A stretch of DNA of 64,000 bases from Alphaproteobacteria bacterium (lineage in GTDB: Bacteria > Pseudomonadota > Alphaproteobacteria > MPNO01): contig OZ219865.1 in the NCBI GenBank assembly GCA_964291675.2, positions 832,001-896,000 of the forward strand, given 5' to 3'. The translations under genes and the position numbers were made by a program. Under the pieces are notes generated by a model that was not told the origin of the DNA, did not search any database, and was given only the letters and a program-made list of their open reading frames with translations. Positions 18,452 to 27,654 of the stretch are shown one piece after another; within the stretch, counting starts at the first letter, position 1, and every line of letters starts with the position of its first letter.

Positions 18452-19591
18452 ATGGGCGTTCAGCTCTCGCAACAGCTCCGCATCGGCGCCTATATCCTGA
18501 AGCAGCGGCTCTCGGGGGTCAGGCGCTACCCGCTGGTCCTCATGCTGGAGCCGCTGTTCCGCTGCAACCTCGCCTGCGCCGGCTGCGGCAAGATCGACTA
18601 CCCCGACTCGATCCTCGACCGGCGGATGAGCGTCGCCGAGGCGATCGGCGCGGTCGAGGAATGCGGCGCCCCGGTGGTCTCGATCGCCGGCGGCGAGCCG
18701 CTGATCCACCGCGAGATCGACCGCATCGTCGAGGCCGTCGTGGCGCGCCGGCGCTACGTCTATCTCTGCACCAACGCGCTCTTGCTGGAGAAGAAGCTCG
18801 ACCTGTTCGAGCCGGGACCGTTCTTCTCGTTCTCCATCCATCTCGACGGTCCCCGCGCGGTGCACGACCGCTCGGTGTGCCGGGACGGGGTCTACGACGT
18901 AGCCCTCGGCGCGCTCGCCGCCGCACGGGCGCGCGGCTTCCGGGTGTCGGTCAACTGCACCCTGTTCGACGGCGTGGACGCCGGCGAGGTCGCCGGGTTC
19001 TTCGATACCGTCACCGGGCTCGGGGTCGACGGGATCACGGTCTCGCCAGGCTACGCCTATGAGCGGGCGCCGGACCAGCAGCACTTCCTCAACCGGCACA
19101 AGACAAGGGCGCTGTTCCGCGCCGTCTTCGCCCGCGCGAGCGGACGCCGATGGCCGCTCAGCCACTCGGCGCTCTATCTCGACTTCCTGGCCGGCAACCG
19201 GAGCTATCGCTGCACGCCGTGGGGCAACCCGACGCGCAACGTGTTCGGCTGGCAGCGCCCCTGCTACCTGCTCGGCGAGGGCTACGCGCCCAGCTTCCGC
19301 GCGCTGATGGAGGAGACCGACTGGGACTCCTACGGCACCGGCAACTACCAGAAATGCGCCGACTGCATGGCCCATTGCGGCTACGAGGCGACGGCGGTGG
19401 CGGACCTCGCCGCGCATCCCTGGAAGGCGCTCCCGATCGCGCTGTCGGGCATCCGCACCGAGGGGGAGATGGCGCCCGACATCCCGCTCGCCGGCGCCCG
19501 CCCGGCGGAGTACGTGTTCGCCGGGCTGGTCGAGGAACGCGCCGGGGCTCAACCCCCGGCGGGCGCGAGGGCGAACCCGTCGGGGCAGTAG
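18452..19591 (+). CDS. hpnH: Adenosyl-hopene transferase HpnH (radical SAM)
   Basis: YPLVLMLEPLFRCNLACAGCGKI, CTPWGNPTRNVFGWQRPCYL, CADCMAHCGYE. Confidence 0.95.
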   Translation: MGVQLSQQLRIGAYILKQRLSGVRRYPLVLMLEPLFRCNLACAGCGKIDYPDSILDRRMSVAEAIGAVEECGAPVVSIAGGEPLIHREIDRIVEAVVARRRYVYLCTNALLLEKKLDLFEPGPFFSFSIHLDGPRAVHDRSVCRDGVYDVALGALAAARARGFRVSVNCTLFDGVDAGEVAGFFDTVTGLGVDGITVSPGYAYERAPDQQHFLNRHKTRALFRAVFARASGRRWPLSHSALYLDFLAGNRSYRCTPWGNPTRNVFGWQRPCYLLGEGYAPSFRALMEETDWDSYGTGNYQKCADCMAHCGYEATAVADLAAHPWKALPIALSGIRTEGEMAPDIPLAGARPAEYVFAGLVEERAGAQPPAGARANPSGQ

Positions 19592-19797
19592 GCGTCGCCG
19601 TTGGCGCGCCACAGGATTTCGGTCTTGCGCTCGGCGGCGAAGAGCGTTTCCGAATCGCCGGTGCAGACGCAGTCCATAGTCTGACAGGCGAGCGCGAGGT
19701 CGGGCGCCTCGCGGTCGGGCCCGTCCCCGCCGCAGGCGGCGAGCGCAAGGACGAGCGCGGCGGCGAGCGAAATCGCGGCTGCACGCTTCGAGGTCAT
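19549..19797 (-). CDS. Small cysteine-rich lipoprotein, unknown function
   Basis: Lipobox LAAC after a basic/hydrophobic signal. Four further Cys. ATGA overlap with the upstream SBP gene. Confidence 0.7.
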   Translation of the reverse strand: MTSKRAAAISLAAALVLALAACGGDGPDREAPDLALACQTMDCVCTGDSETLFAAERKTEILWRANGDAYCPDGFALAPAGG

Positions 19798-20777
19798 CGC
19801 CGCATGCCCATCCCGTGCCCCTTGTTGACGAAGCCGAGGTCGAAGGCGGCCATGTGGTCCATCGCCGCCTTGTACACCCCGGCGCGCACCATCGCATCGA
19901 AGAACGCCGCGAGCCGGGCCTCGGTCATGGCGCCGATGCCGAGCTTCAGCGCATCGCCCGAATCGACGATGCCGTGCTCCTTCATCTTGGCGATCCCGTA
20001 GTCGATCAGGGCGTCGGGCATATCAGGATTAGTTTTTTTTATCAACAGGTTGCCCGGGGTCGGATCGCCGTAGAGATAGCTGTACCAGCCCTCGATCGAG
20101 GCATCGACAAAGCGCTGCACGACGTGCGGGCGCGTTGCCGCGAGCGCCTTGGAGACCGTCACCAGCGTGGAATAGGCCGGCCAGCCCGTCTCGGCGATCA
20201 GGAAGACCTTCGGCCGGACGCCGGCGTTCAGCGCCATGAAGGGCTCGGAGGTGACGTAGCCCTGCTGGATCGCGTCGGGGTTCACCAGGAACGGCGCGAG
20301 GTTGAAGGTGTAGCGCCGGATCTGGCTCTCGTCGAAGCCGAAGCGCAGCTCGAAATAGCGCCACCAGGTGTCGCGCGCATCGGCCGAGATCATGATCGGC
20401 CTTCCCTTCATCCCGGCGATCGAGCGGATCGGCGAGCCGGGATGGGTCAACAGCACCTGCGGGTCCTTCTGGAAGAACGCGGCCACGGTGACCATGGGAA
20501 TGCCGTGTTTGAGGAAGTTGAGCGCCTCGGCGTTGTTGCTGATCATCGCCGCATCGAGCACGCCCGCGGCGAGCAGCTGGTTGTGGTTCACCTGCGGCCC
20601 GCCCTCGCGGATCGTCACCTCCAGCCCGTGGCGCAAATAGCGGCCCTCGGCGAGCGCCTGGTAGAACCCGCCATGCTCCGCCTCGGCCTTCCAGTTGGTG
20701 CCGAACACGAATCTGTCCGCCGCCCCGGCCGGCAGCGCGAGCCAGAGCGCGGCGAGAAGCGCGATCGCCCGGGTCAT
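19794..20777 (-). CDS. ABC transporter substrate-binding protein, NMT1/THI5 family
   Basis: Signal peptide, TNWKAEAEHGGFYQA, GGPQVN, FQKDPQ, QGYVTSEPF. Confidence 0.88.
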   Translation of the reverse strand: MTRAIALLAALWLALPAGAADRFVFGTNWKAEAEHGGFYQALAEGRYLRHGLEVTIREGGPQVNHNQLLAAGVLDAAMISNNAEALNFLKHGIPMVTVAAFFQKDPQVLLTHPGSPIRSIAGMKGRPIMISADARDTWWRYFELRFGFDESQIRRYTFNLAPFLVNPDAIQQGYVTSEPFMALNAGVRPKVFLIAETGWPAYSTLVTVSKALAATRPHVVQRFVDASIEGWYSYLYGDPTPGNLLIKKTNPDMPDALIDYGIAKMKEHGIVDSGDALKLGIGAMTEARLAAFFDAMVRAGVYKAAMDHMAAFDLGFVNKGHGMGMRR

Positions 20778-20787
20778 CGGCGGTCCC

Positions 20788-21966
20788 TCACAGCCGCGGG
20801 TCGACCGACGGCAGGCCGAAGCGGATGCGCCCGGCATTGGTCGCCTGCATGTCCCAAGCCTGGGTGATCTGCTGCCCCACGGCATGCACGTCGCGCCAGG
20901 CGCGCATGAACGGATTGGCCGCATCCAGCCCGCGCGCGCCCAAGAGCGGATAGAGCCGCTCGACCGCGCGGATCGAGAGCTGGGTCGCGTAGGCGTTGTT
21001 GAGCCGCCAGCGGGCGCGCTGTTCGAGCTCGGGGTGGATGTCGCGCTCGGCGAACTCGTTCGCCTCGGCGCTGACCTGGAGAAGCAGCGCCAGCGCCGCG
21101 TCGATCTCGGCATTGGCCTCGGCGACCCGGGCCTGGGCGGTCGGCAGCTCGGCGAGCTTGACGCCGACGACGCCCACCCGGTCGCGGAATTCGTGCTCGA
21201 CATAGTCGAGCGCGCCGCGCGCGATGCCGACCGCCGGGGCGGGGAAGATCTGGGTGCCCGACGACCAGATGGAGATCTGGTAGAGCGGCGCCGAGTTGAT
21301 GTGCCGGCTGAGCCCCCTGCCGCCGGACAGCACGCCGGCGGCGACGGTCCGGTAGTTCGGCACGAACACCTCCTTCAGCCGCACCGACTTGCTGCCGGTC
21401 GCCAGCAGCCCGGTCGCGTTCCAGTCGTCGACGATCTCGAACGAGCCCTTGGGCACCAGCGCGAAGCGCGGCTCGGGCGGGCCGTCCTCCTGCGGCACGA
21501 AGACCTGGAGGTGGAGATAGTCGGCGAAGTCGACGCCGCTGGAAAAGCTCCACAGCCCGTCGAGCAGCACGCCGTCGTCCACCGGCGTCGCGGTCGCGCC
21601 GGAGACCGAGAGGCCGGAGGCGATCAGCGCCTCCGGGTTGTCGCCCCAGACGTCGTCCTGGGCCTCGACGCAGTTCATCGACAGCACCAGGCTGTGCGCC
21701 ACCAGGTTGGTGAACACCCAGGCGCTCGACCCGCAGCCGCGGCCGAGCTGGACGGCGATGTCGATGATCGTCCGGTTCTCGCATTCCAGCCCGCCATAGC
21801 GCCTCGGCTGGAAGATCCGGTAGAACCCGGCGTCGAGGAAATCCCGATGGGTCGAATCGGGCATCCGGCGCAGCGCGTCCGCCTCCTTCTGGCGTTCCAG
21901 CAGCACCGGCACCATCGCCGCCGCCTTCCCGGTCAGCGACTCGCGCAGGCTTCCATCCGCGGCCAT
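20788..21966 (-). CDS. Acyl-CoA-dehydrogenase-like flavin-dependent monooxygenase (HsaA/HpaH-C2 type)
   Basis: QPRRYGGLE, GCGSSAW, WSFSSG, DDWNATGLLATGS, RAWRDVH. Confidence 0.85.
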   Translation of the reverse strand: MAADGSLRESLTGKAAAMVPVLLERQKEADALRRMPDSTHRDFLDAGFYRIFQPRRYGGLECENRTIIDIAVQLGRGCGSSAWVFTNLVAHSLVLSMNCVEAQDDVWGDNPEALIASGLSVSGATATPVDDGVLLDGLWSFSSGVDFADYLHLQVFVPQEDGPPEPRFALVPKGSFEIVDDWNATGLLATGSKSVRLKEVFVPNYRTVAAGVLSGGRGLSRHINSAPLYQISIWSSGTQIFPAPAVGIARGALDYVEHEFRDRVGVVGVKLAELPTAQARVAEANAEIDAALALLLQVSAEANEFAERDIHPELEQRARWRLNNAYATQLSIRAVERLYPLLGARGLDAANPFMRAWRDVHAVGQQITQAWDMQATNAGRIRFGLPSVDPRL

Positions 21967-22043
21967 TGGGTTCTCTCCGCCTCTAGGGTTTTGGTTGCGC
22001 AGTTTCGTGTCTTGCCATGCCCTGTCACTTCACCCGTCTTGCC

Positions 22044-22155
22044 CGTCCTTCGATACGCCCGCCTCCGGCGGGCTACTCAGGATGAGGAGGGGTTGGTTGG
22101 CCGCAAGAGAAATCTCCTCATCCCGAGTAGCCCCGCAGGGGCGTATCGAGGGACG
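22044..22155. repeat. REP-like inverted repeat pair, family A (CGTCCTTCGATACG...CTCAGGATGAGG / CCTCATCCYGAG...CGTATCGARGGACG)
   Basis: Two inverted units. Related copies at 33377, 37202, 39069 and 61025. Confidence 0.85.
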
Positions 22156-22187
22156 CCTCAGCGCATCGCTCCCTGCCGAAACGGGCA

Positions 22188-23822
22188 CTACCCCTCCCCC
22201 TCCACGTCGCGCACCGAGGTCTCGGGCACCAGACCGGGGCGCTGGCGTTGCAGGGTGCGCCGTCCGTTCTCCAGATAATGCCCGCCCGCCGCGCGGCGCG
22301 CCGCCTGCTCCCAATCGTCCGACCAGTCGCCGAGCGAGTAGCCGTGCCACGGCGATTCGGGCTTGAGCTTCGGCAGGCCGAGCCGGTCCCAGAGCGCCTT
22401 CGCGCCCTCCATGTAGTCGCGCCCGGGCAGCGCGAGCGGCGGCATGGGCGACTTCATCGTCGCGTCGATCAGCAGCGTCGAGTCCTCCTCGCCCGCATGC
22501 TCGCGCTTGGGCCCGTGGCCCTGCCCGCGATGCGGCAGGGCGACCACGTCCTCGACCGGGTTGTGGCGGTAGGCCATCGCCCACAGCAGCGCGTCCGCGT
22601 TGTCGGGGTCGATGTCGTCGTTGACCGCGATGCAGATCTTGCCGCAATCGCCCTTGAAGCTCGCGGCGCCGTAGAGCGCGCGCCATACCTCGGTGCGCGG
22701 CGCGCCGCGTTCCAGGGTGACGATCGTCACCCGGAGCAGCCCGGTCAGCTTCTCGTGCAGCGCCACCCCGGTGACCGCCTTGACGCCGAGCGCGTCCCGC
22801 AAATGGCCGAGGAACAGCGGCTCGTAGGCGACCCGCTTGATGACGCTCGATTCCGACGGCGCGACCTGGCTGATATAGGACGGGATGACCGGGCTCGCCT
22901 TGCGGGTGATCGCGGTGATGCGCATCGGCATGTTGAACTCTTCGAGCGCGACATGGCCGTGGCTCTCGCCGAACGGCCCCTCGGGCTCCAGCAAGTGGGT
23001 GTCGATCTCGCCCTCGATCACCAGCTCGGCCTCGGCCGGGACCAGCAGGTCCACCGTCTTCGCGCGCACCACGTTGATCGGCTCGCCGGCGAGCCCGCCC
23101 GCGATGTCGAGCTCGTCCACGTCCAGCCCGAGCTTCTGCGGCCCCATGAAGGCCACATAGGGCGGGCAGCCGAGCACGATGGCGCAGGGCAGGGTCTCGC
23201 CCTTCGCCTTGTGCTTCTTCCAGTGGACGTAGCCGCCGGCGCCGCCCACCCGGGTCGCCATGCGGACGACCAGCCGGTCCGGCGCCTTGAGCGCGGCGCG
23301 GTAGGTGCCCATATTCTGCACCCCGGTCTCGGGATCGCGGGTGATCACGTTGGTCGCCGCCAGCGTCGGCGCGCTGTCGAAGCCCGGCGTCGAGATCGGG
23401 ATCGGCAGGGCGTCGAGCCCGTTGCCCTCGCCGGCAAGCGCCTCGCCCGCGACCACCACCTCCTGGCAGGGTGCGGCATTGACCCGGCGCGGCGGCACCG
23501 GCCGGGCGATGGCGCGGTCCCAGCGCGCCGGGATGTCGGCGATCCCGGCCCGCATGCCGACGCCGTAGACCGCCCGGTTGGCGGCCAGCGCGCCGATCAC
23601 CACGGGGATGTCGTAGCGCCGGTCCAGGCTGTCGGTCACGTTGCGGAACAGGAAGGCGCGGCGCTCTTCCTCGTCGAGCCCGCCGCGGAACTGCCAGCGC
23701 ACCAGGGGCACCATCTCGGTGTCCTTGTTGACCGGCTCGTCGACGGTCAGCAGCAGCCCGGCCGCATCGAGCGCGGCCAGATGGTCCTGCAAATCGGCAT
23801 AGCCGCGGTTGGCGCCCGCCAT
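22188..23822 (-). CDS. UbiD-family (prFMN-dependent) decarboxylase
   Basis: QNMGTYR, PAEAELVIEG, EPEGPFGESHG, VNDDIDP, LIDATMK. True start MAGANRGYADL at 23822. Confidence 0.9.
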   Translation of the reverse strand: MAGANRGYADLQDHLAALDAAGLLLTVDEPVNKDTEMVPLVRWQFRGGLDEEERRAFLFRNVTDSLDRRYDIPVVIGALAANRAVYGVGMRAGIADIPARWDRAIARPVPPRRVNAAPCQEVVVAGEALAGEGNGLDALPIPISTPGFDSAPTLAATNVITRDPETGVQNMGTYRAALKAPDRLVVRMATRVGGAGGYVHWKKHKAKGETLPCAIVLGCPPYVAFMGPQKLGLDVDELDIAGGLAGEPINVVRAKTVDLLVPAEAELVIEGEIDTHLLEPEGPFGESHGHVALEEFNMPMRITAITRKASPVIPSYISQVAPSESSVIKRVAYEPLFLGHLRDALGVKAVTGVALHEKLTGLLRVTIVTLERGAPRTEVWRALYGAASFKGDCGKICIAVNDDIDPDNADALLWAMAYRHNPVEDVVALPHRGQGHGPKREHAGEEDSTLLIDATMKSPMPPLALPGRDYMEGAKALWDRLGLPKLKPESPWHGYSLGDWSDDWEQAARRAAGGHYLENGRRTLQRQRPGLVPETSVRDVEGEG

Positions 23823-23918
23823 CAGCACTTCTCCCCCACAGCGGCGGACCGCGCCGCGCCGGCATGATGCCACCGCGCGCCCGGCGGGCCAATGCCGGGG
23901 GCGTCCTTCGCCCAGCCC

Positions 23919-23954
23919 GTCATGCCCGGCCCCTGGAACAAGTCCGGCCATGAC
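23919..23954. repeat. Short family-B palindromic repeat (GTCATGCCCGG...CCGGCCATGAC)
   Basis: Terminal inverted motif shared with other family-B copies. Confidence 0.7.
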
Positions 23955-23962
23955 GCGGGAGG

Positions 23963-24400
23963 CTACCCCGGCGCGTCGACCAGCACGGCGGCGAAGCGGC
24001 AGGGGCGGTCGCCGGTGTTGCGCCAGGCGTGGTTGGTGCCGCGCTGCACCAGGCAGTCGCCGGGCCGCAGCGGGACCTCGCTGTCGTCCAGCACCAGGTT
24101 CATCTCGCCCTCGATCATCACCACGTAGTCGATGGTCGCGGTGCGGTGCATCTCCAGCTCCTGGTCGGGCTGGAGCTCGAGCACCCGGAAGATGGTGCCG
24201 CCGCCCGGCGGCGGGCGGCCGACCTCGCGCGCGCCGGCGTCCTCGTTCCCCCGATTGGGCGGAGTCTCGCCGTCGGTGGTCCAGATCAGCCGCGAATCGT
24301 GGCCCGGCCGCCGCGACGTCGCATTGGCCGCGAAGTCGTCGACGATCGCCACCGACCTGCCGGCCTCGTCGTGACCGGTGACCACCCGCCTCACCTTCAT
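23963..24400 (-). CDS. Cupin domain protein
   Basis: VRRVVTGHD N-terminus, MHRTATIDY, VQRGTNHAWRN. Confidence 0.88.
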   Translation of the reverse strand: MKVRRVVTGHDEAGRSVAIVDDFAANATSRRPGHDSRLIWTTDGETPPNRGNEDAGAREVGRPPPGGGTIFRVLELQPDQELEMHRTATIDYVVMIEGEMNLVLDDSEVPLRPGDCLVQRGTNHAWRNTGDRPCRFAAVLVDAPG

Positions 24401-24425
24401 CGCTCGCCTCCCCTGCCGCCCCGGA

Positions 24426-24431
24426 TATAAT
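24426..24431 (+). promoter_or_regulatory. Candidate sigma70 -10 box (TATAAT) for the cysteine-dioxygenase-like gene
   Basis: Perfect TATAAT in the short divergent intergenic region, 33 nt before ATG 24465. Confidence 0.45.
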
Positions 24432-24464
24432 GCGCGCCGTTTCCAATCGCCCGGAGACCGGACC

Positions 24465-24968
24465 ATGACCTACACGCTCGAACGGCTTGCCGCAGACTGC
24501 CACGCGGCGATCGCTGCCGACAACGGGCCGGACGGCCGCGAGAGGGTGCGCAGGCATGTCGAGACGGCGCTCGGGGACGCGGCGTTCGTCGCCGCCCATC
24601 TCGGCCCCGACAACGATTCGCCGCGCAAGATCCTGTACGAGGACCCCGATCACGGGTTCTGCATCCTCGCCCATGTCTACGAGGGGGCGAAGGGCAGCAC
24701 GCCGCACGACCACGGCCCGTCCTGGGCGATCTACGGCCAGGCCGAGGGGGTGACCGAGATGACCGAATGGCGCAAGCTCAAGGCGCCCGAGGGCGACGCG
24801 CCCGGCGTGGTCGAGCCGGTCCGGGTCTACGACCTCGAGCCCGGCATGGCGGCCTGCTACAACGAGGGCGACCTGCACTCGCCGAGGCGCGAGGACACCA
24901 CGCGGCTGATCCGCATCGAAGGCACCAATCTCGAAGGTATGAAGCGCGACCGCTACGTCCCGGCGTGA
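24465..24968 (+). CDS. Cysteine dioxygenase-like cupin metalloenzyme
   Basis: PHDHGPSWAIYG and GDLHSP putative metal-binding His triad. Confidence 0.7.
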   Translation: MTYTLERLAADCHAAIAADNGPDGRERVRRHVETALGDAAFVAAHLGPDNDSPRKILYEDPDHGFCILAHVYEGAKGSTPHDHGPSWAIYGQAEGVTEMTEWRKLKAPEGDAPGVVEPVRVYDLEPGMAACYNEGDLHSPRREDTTRLIRIEGTNLEGMKRDRYVPA

Positions 24969-25028
24969 GGGTGCGGATCGGCAACGGCAGCGCCGCGCCG
25001 ATACGCGGGACCGTCTGCGGCCCCCTTT

Positions 25029-25256
25029 GTCACCCCGGACTCGTTACCGGGCGCCCATGGGCAGGGCGGGGTGGACCGGGTGCAGCCCGCGTCGTCGTCA
25101 CACCTCCACCCCTCGTCATGCCCGGCCCCCGGAACGAGTCCGGGGGCGATCCGGGCACCCACTGCCGCCGCCGCCCCTCTCGCCCGGCCGCCGTGCGCGG
25201 AGGGGCCGCATGGATGGCCGGAACCCCCCGGACTCGTTCCGGGGGCCGGCCATGAC
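25029..25256. repeat. Composite family-B palindromic repeat with nested CCCCGGACTCGTTCCGGGG units
   Basis: GTCATGCCCGG...ATGGATGGCCGG...CCGGCCATGAC with internal palindromes. Confidence 0.75.
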
Positions 25257-25440
25257 GAATGAAAGGACGGCAAGAATAACCGGTGCGCGCAGGGTCCTGC
25301 CGGTCGGGAGCGTCGGCCTGTCCGACCGCGAAACGGTCTTTCGCACGCTGGCCGGCACGGTCGGCGAGCTCGCCCCGTGCCTGCCGGACGGCGAATGCGG
25401 CGAGCGGACCAGCTGGATCGGCGGCGTCGCGGGGGCGTAG
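25252..25440 (+). pseudogene. N-terminal remnant of a MetE-like (methionine synthase II-related) protein
   Basis: VLPVGSVGLSDRETVFRTLAGTVGELAPCLPDGECGERTSWI resembles the LVGSV...VF...PDGE.GER..WI N-terminus of that family. Stops after ~62 aa. Confidence 0.55.
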
Positions 25441-25510
25441 CTGCGGCTCGTCCGGGCGACGAAGCTCGGCGCCGAGGCGAGCTTCATCGTCGTCTCTCCC
25501 ACGGGAGCCG

Positions 25511-26278
25511 TCACGCGTCCCCCGTGCCGTCCGGCGCGACATCGAATATCTCGACGGCGAGCGAGCGGTTCTCGGGGCCGCTCGACCCTCCCGGGCAGGC
25601 CGAGACCGCCGCCAGGCAGTCGATCTCGGCGATCAGCTCGACATGGTCGCCCTTGCGGGCATCGGACGGCAGGTAGAACGGCCGGCCGTCGGCGTTGAGC
25701 CCGGTGGTCATGAAGATGTTGAACGGATCGGGGACGTGCTCGGGGCCGAGGCCGAACGGCGCGATGGCGGCGGCCAGATTGTCCTGGCAGTTGGGCTGGC
25801 CGATGCGGCCGTGCACCAGCTCGTAGAGCCGCGCGTCGCAGCGGCAGAACAGGAGGTCGTGCGAGCGCGCCCCGTCCGGCAGGTCCAGATGCGCGACCGT
25901 GTCGGCGATCAGCGTCATCATCGGACGCGTCCTCGGCGGCGTGCTCCACAGCCGGTCGCCGACATCGAGGTGGCCGCCATGGACCACCCGCGTCCGCGCC
26001 GACCAGAACCGCTCGCTCGGATCGTCGGCCGAGAAGACGATGAAATCGGCCACCTGCGGGCCCTCGGGGCAGCCGATCCTGAGCACCTGGCCGGCGGCGA
26101 CGGCAAATCCCCGCCCCTCGCGCGCCGGGACCTCGAAGCGCTCGACGAGGGTGGCTGCGATCTCGCGCCGGGCGATCCGGGCGTAGCGGGCGCTCAGCGC
26201 GGCGTCTGGGCCGAACGCCGCGTAGCCCTCCGTGCCGGCCATCGAAAGGGTCGCCCGTCCGGCTTCGGCATCGGCCAT
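25511..26278 (-). CDS. DUF1989 / urea carboxylase-associated family protein
   Basis: GPQVADF, SHDLLFCRC, NCQDNL, DPFNIFM, AVSACPG. Confidence 0.85.
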   Translation of the reverse strand: MADAEAGRATLSMAGTEGYAAFGPDAALSARYARIARREIAATLVERFEVPAREGRGFAVAAGQVLRIGCPEGPQVADFIVFSADDPSERFWSARTRVVHGGHLDVGDRLWSTPPRTRPMMTLIADTVAHLDLPDGARSHDLLFCRCDARLYELVHGRIGQPNCQDNLAAAIAPFGLGPEHVPDPFNIFMTTGLNADGRPFYLPSDARKGDHVELIAEIDCLAAVSACPGGSSGPENRSLAVEIFDVAPDGTGDA

Positions 26279-26299
26279 GTCCCGTCTCCCCGCTCGGGT

Positions 26300-27640
26300 T
26301 CACTCCAGCATCGTGTTGGGCAGGATGAGCGATAGCTGCGGGAACGCGACCAGGATCGCCAGGCACACCATCATCGCCGCCCAGAACGGCAGGATGCCGA
26401 CATATATGTCCCGCATCGGCACGTCGCGCGCCACCCCCTTGACCACGAAGACGTTCATGCCGACCGGCGGGCTGATCAGCGCCATCTCCAGGATGATCAC
26501 CATCAGGACCCCGAACCAGATGCGCAGATCGCTGGACTCGGGCCGCATGCCGAGGAATTCCGGGATCTGCGACTGCTCCACGATCGGCAGCACGATCGGC
26601 AGCACCAGGACCATCATCGCGAACCCGTCGAGGAAGGTGCCGAGCGCGATGAAGGCGAGCAGGATGATCGCCAGCAACTCGATCGGCCCCAGATCGAGCG
26701 CGGTCAACGCGCCCGCCAGGTTCTCGGGGATCTGGGTCAGCGCCAGGAACGGCGAGAACACCGCCGCGCCGATGATGATGAAATAGATCATGACCGTCGT
26801 CGAGACGGTGTTCAGCAGCACCGAGCGGACGGCCGATGGCGGGAGGCGCCGGCGGAGGGCGGCGAACAACACCGCCAGCACCGCGCCCACCGCCGCCGCC
26901 TCCACCGGGGTGAAGACGCCGCCATAGATGCCGCCGATGGAGACCGCGATGATGAAGACGATCGACAGCCCGCGCGCCAGCGTGCGGCGCTTCTCGCGCC
27001 AGTCGTAGCGGCGGGCGGCGGGGCCGATGCCCGGGCGGATGGCGATCTGGATGAAGATCGTGACCAGGAAGATCGAGGCCAGCAGGATGCCGGGAATCAC
27101 GCCGGCGAGGAACAGCCGGCCGATCGACTCCTCGGTCAGGATGGCGTAAATCACGAACCCGGCCGAGGGCGGGATCAGGATGCCGAGCGTGCCGCCGGCG
27201 GCGACCGCCCCGGCGGCGAGCTTGCGGTCGTAGCCGAAGCGCGCCATCTCCGGCAGGGCGACCCGCCCGATGGTGAGCGCGGACGCCACCGACGAGCCCG
27301 ACAGCGCGGCGAAGCCGGTGCAGCCCAGCACCGTGCCGTGCGCCAGCCCGCCGCGCATCCAGCCGACCCATGCGTTCGCCGCGTCGTACAGGTCGCGGCT
27401 CATGCCGCACGCCCCGGCGACGTTGCCCATCAGGACGAAGAACGGGATCACGATCAGCTCGTAGAAGATCGCCGTCGACCAGGTCTCGGTGACCAGCGTC
27501 GCCAGCGCGGCGGGCCAGCTATTGAGGATCCAGAGCCCGGCGAACCCGACCGCGATCATGGCGATGGCGACCGGGACGCGCTGGCTCATCAGCACCAGGA
27601 TCGACGCCAGGCCGATTATGCCGAGCAGCGTGGGGTCCAT
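26300..27640 (-). CDS. dctM: TRAP transporter large permease DctM
   Basis: LSGSSVAS, GGTLGILIPPS, GVFTPVEAAAVG, ISPPVGMNVF. Confidence 0.93.
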   Translation of the reverse strand: MDPTLLGIIGLASILVLMSQRVPVAIAMIAVGFAGLWILNSWPAALATLVTETWSTAIFYELIVIPFFVLMGNVAGACGMSRDLYDAANAWVGWMRGGLAHGTVLGCTGFAALSGSSVASALTIGRVALPEMARFGYDRKLAAGAVAAGGTLGILIPPSAGFVIYAILTEESIGRLFLAGVIPGILLASIFLVTIFIQIAIRPGIGPAARRYDWREKRRTLARGLSIVFIIAVSIGGIYGGVFTPVEAAAVGAVLAVLFAALRRRLPPSAVRSVLLNTVSTTVMIYFIIIGAAVFSPFLALTQIPENLAGALTALDLGPIELLAIILLAFIALGTFLDGFAMMVLVLPIVLPIVEQSQIPEFLGMRPESSDLRIWFGVLMVIILEMALISPPVGMNVFVVKGVARDVPMRDIYVGILPFWAAMMVCLAILVAFPQLSLILPNTMLE

Positions 27641-27654
27641 CGCCGGGGCCGCGA

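Noticed and set aside
22188-24878. Apparent 896-aa extended UbiD
   Set aside because: The extension overlaps two real cupin genes and a repeat. The true start is 23822.
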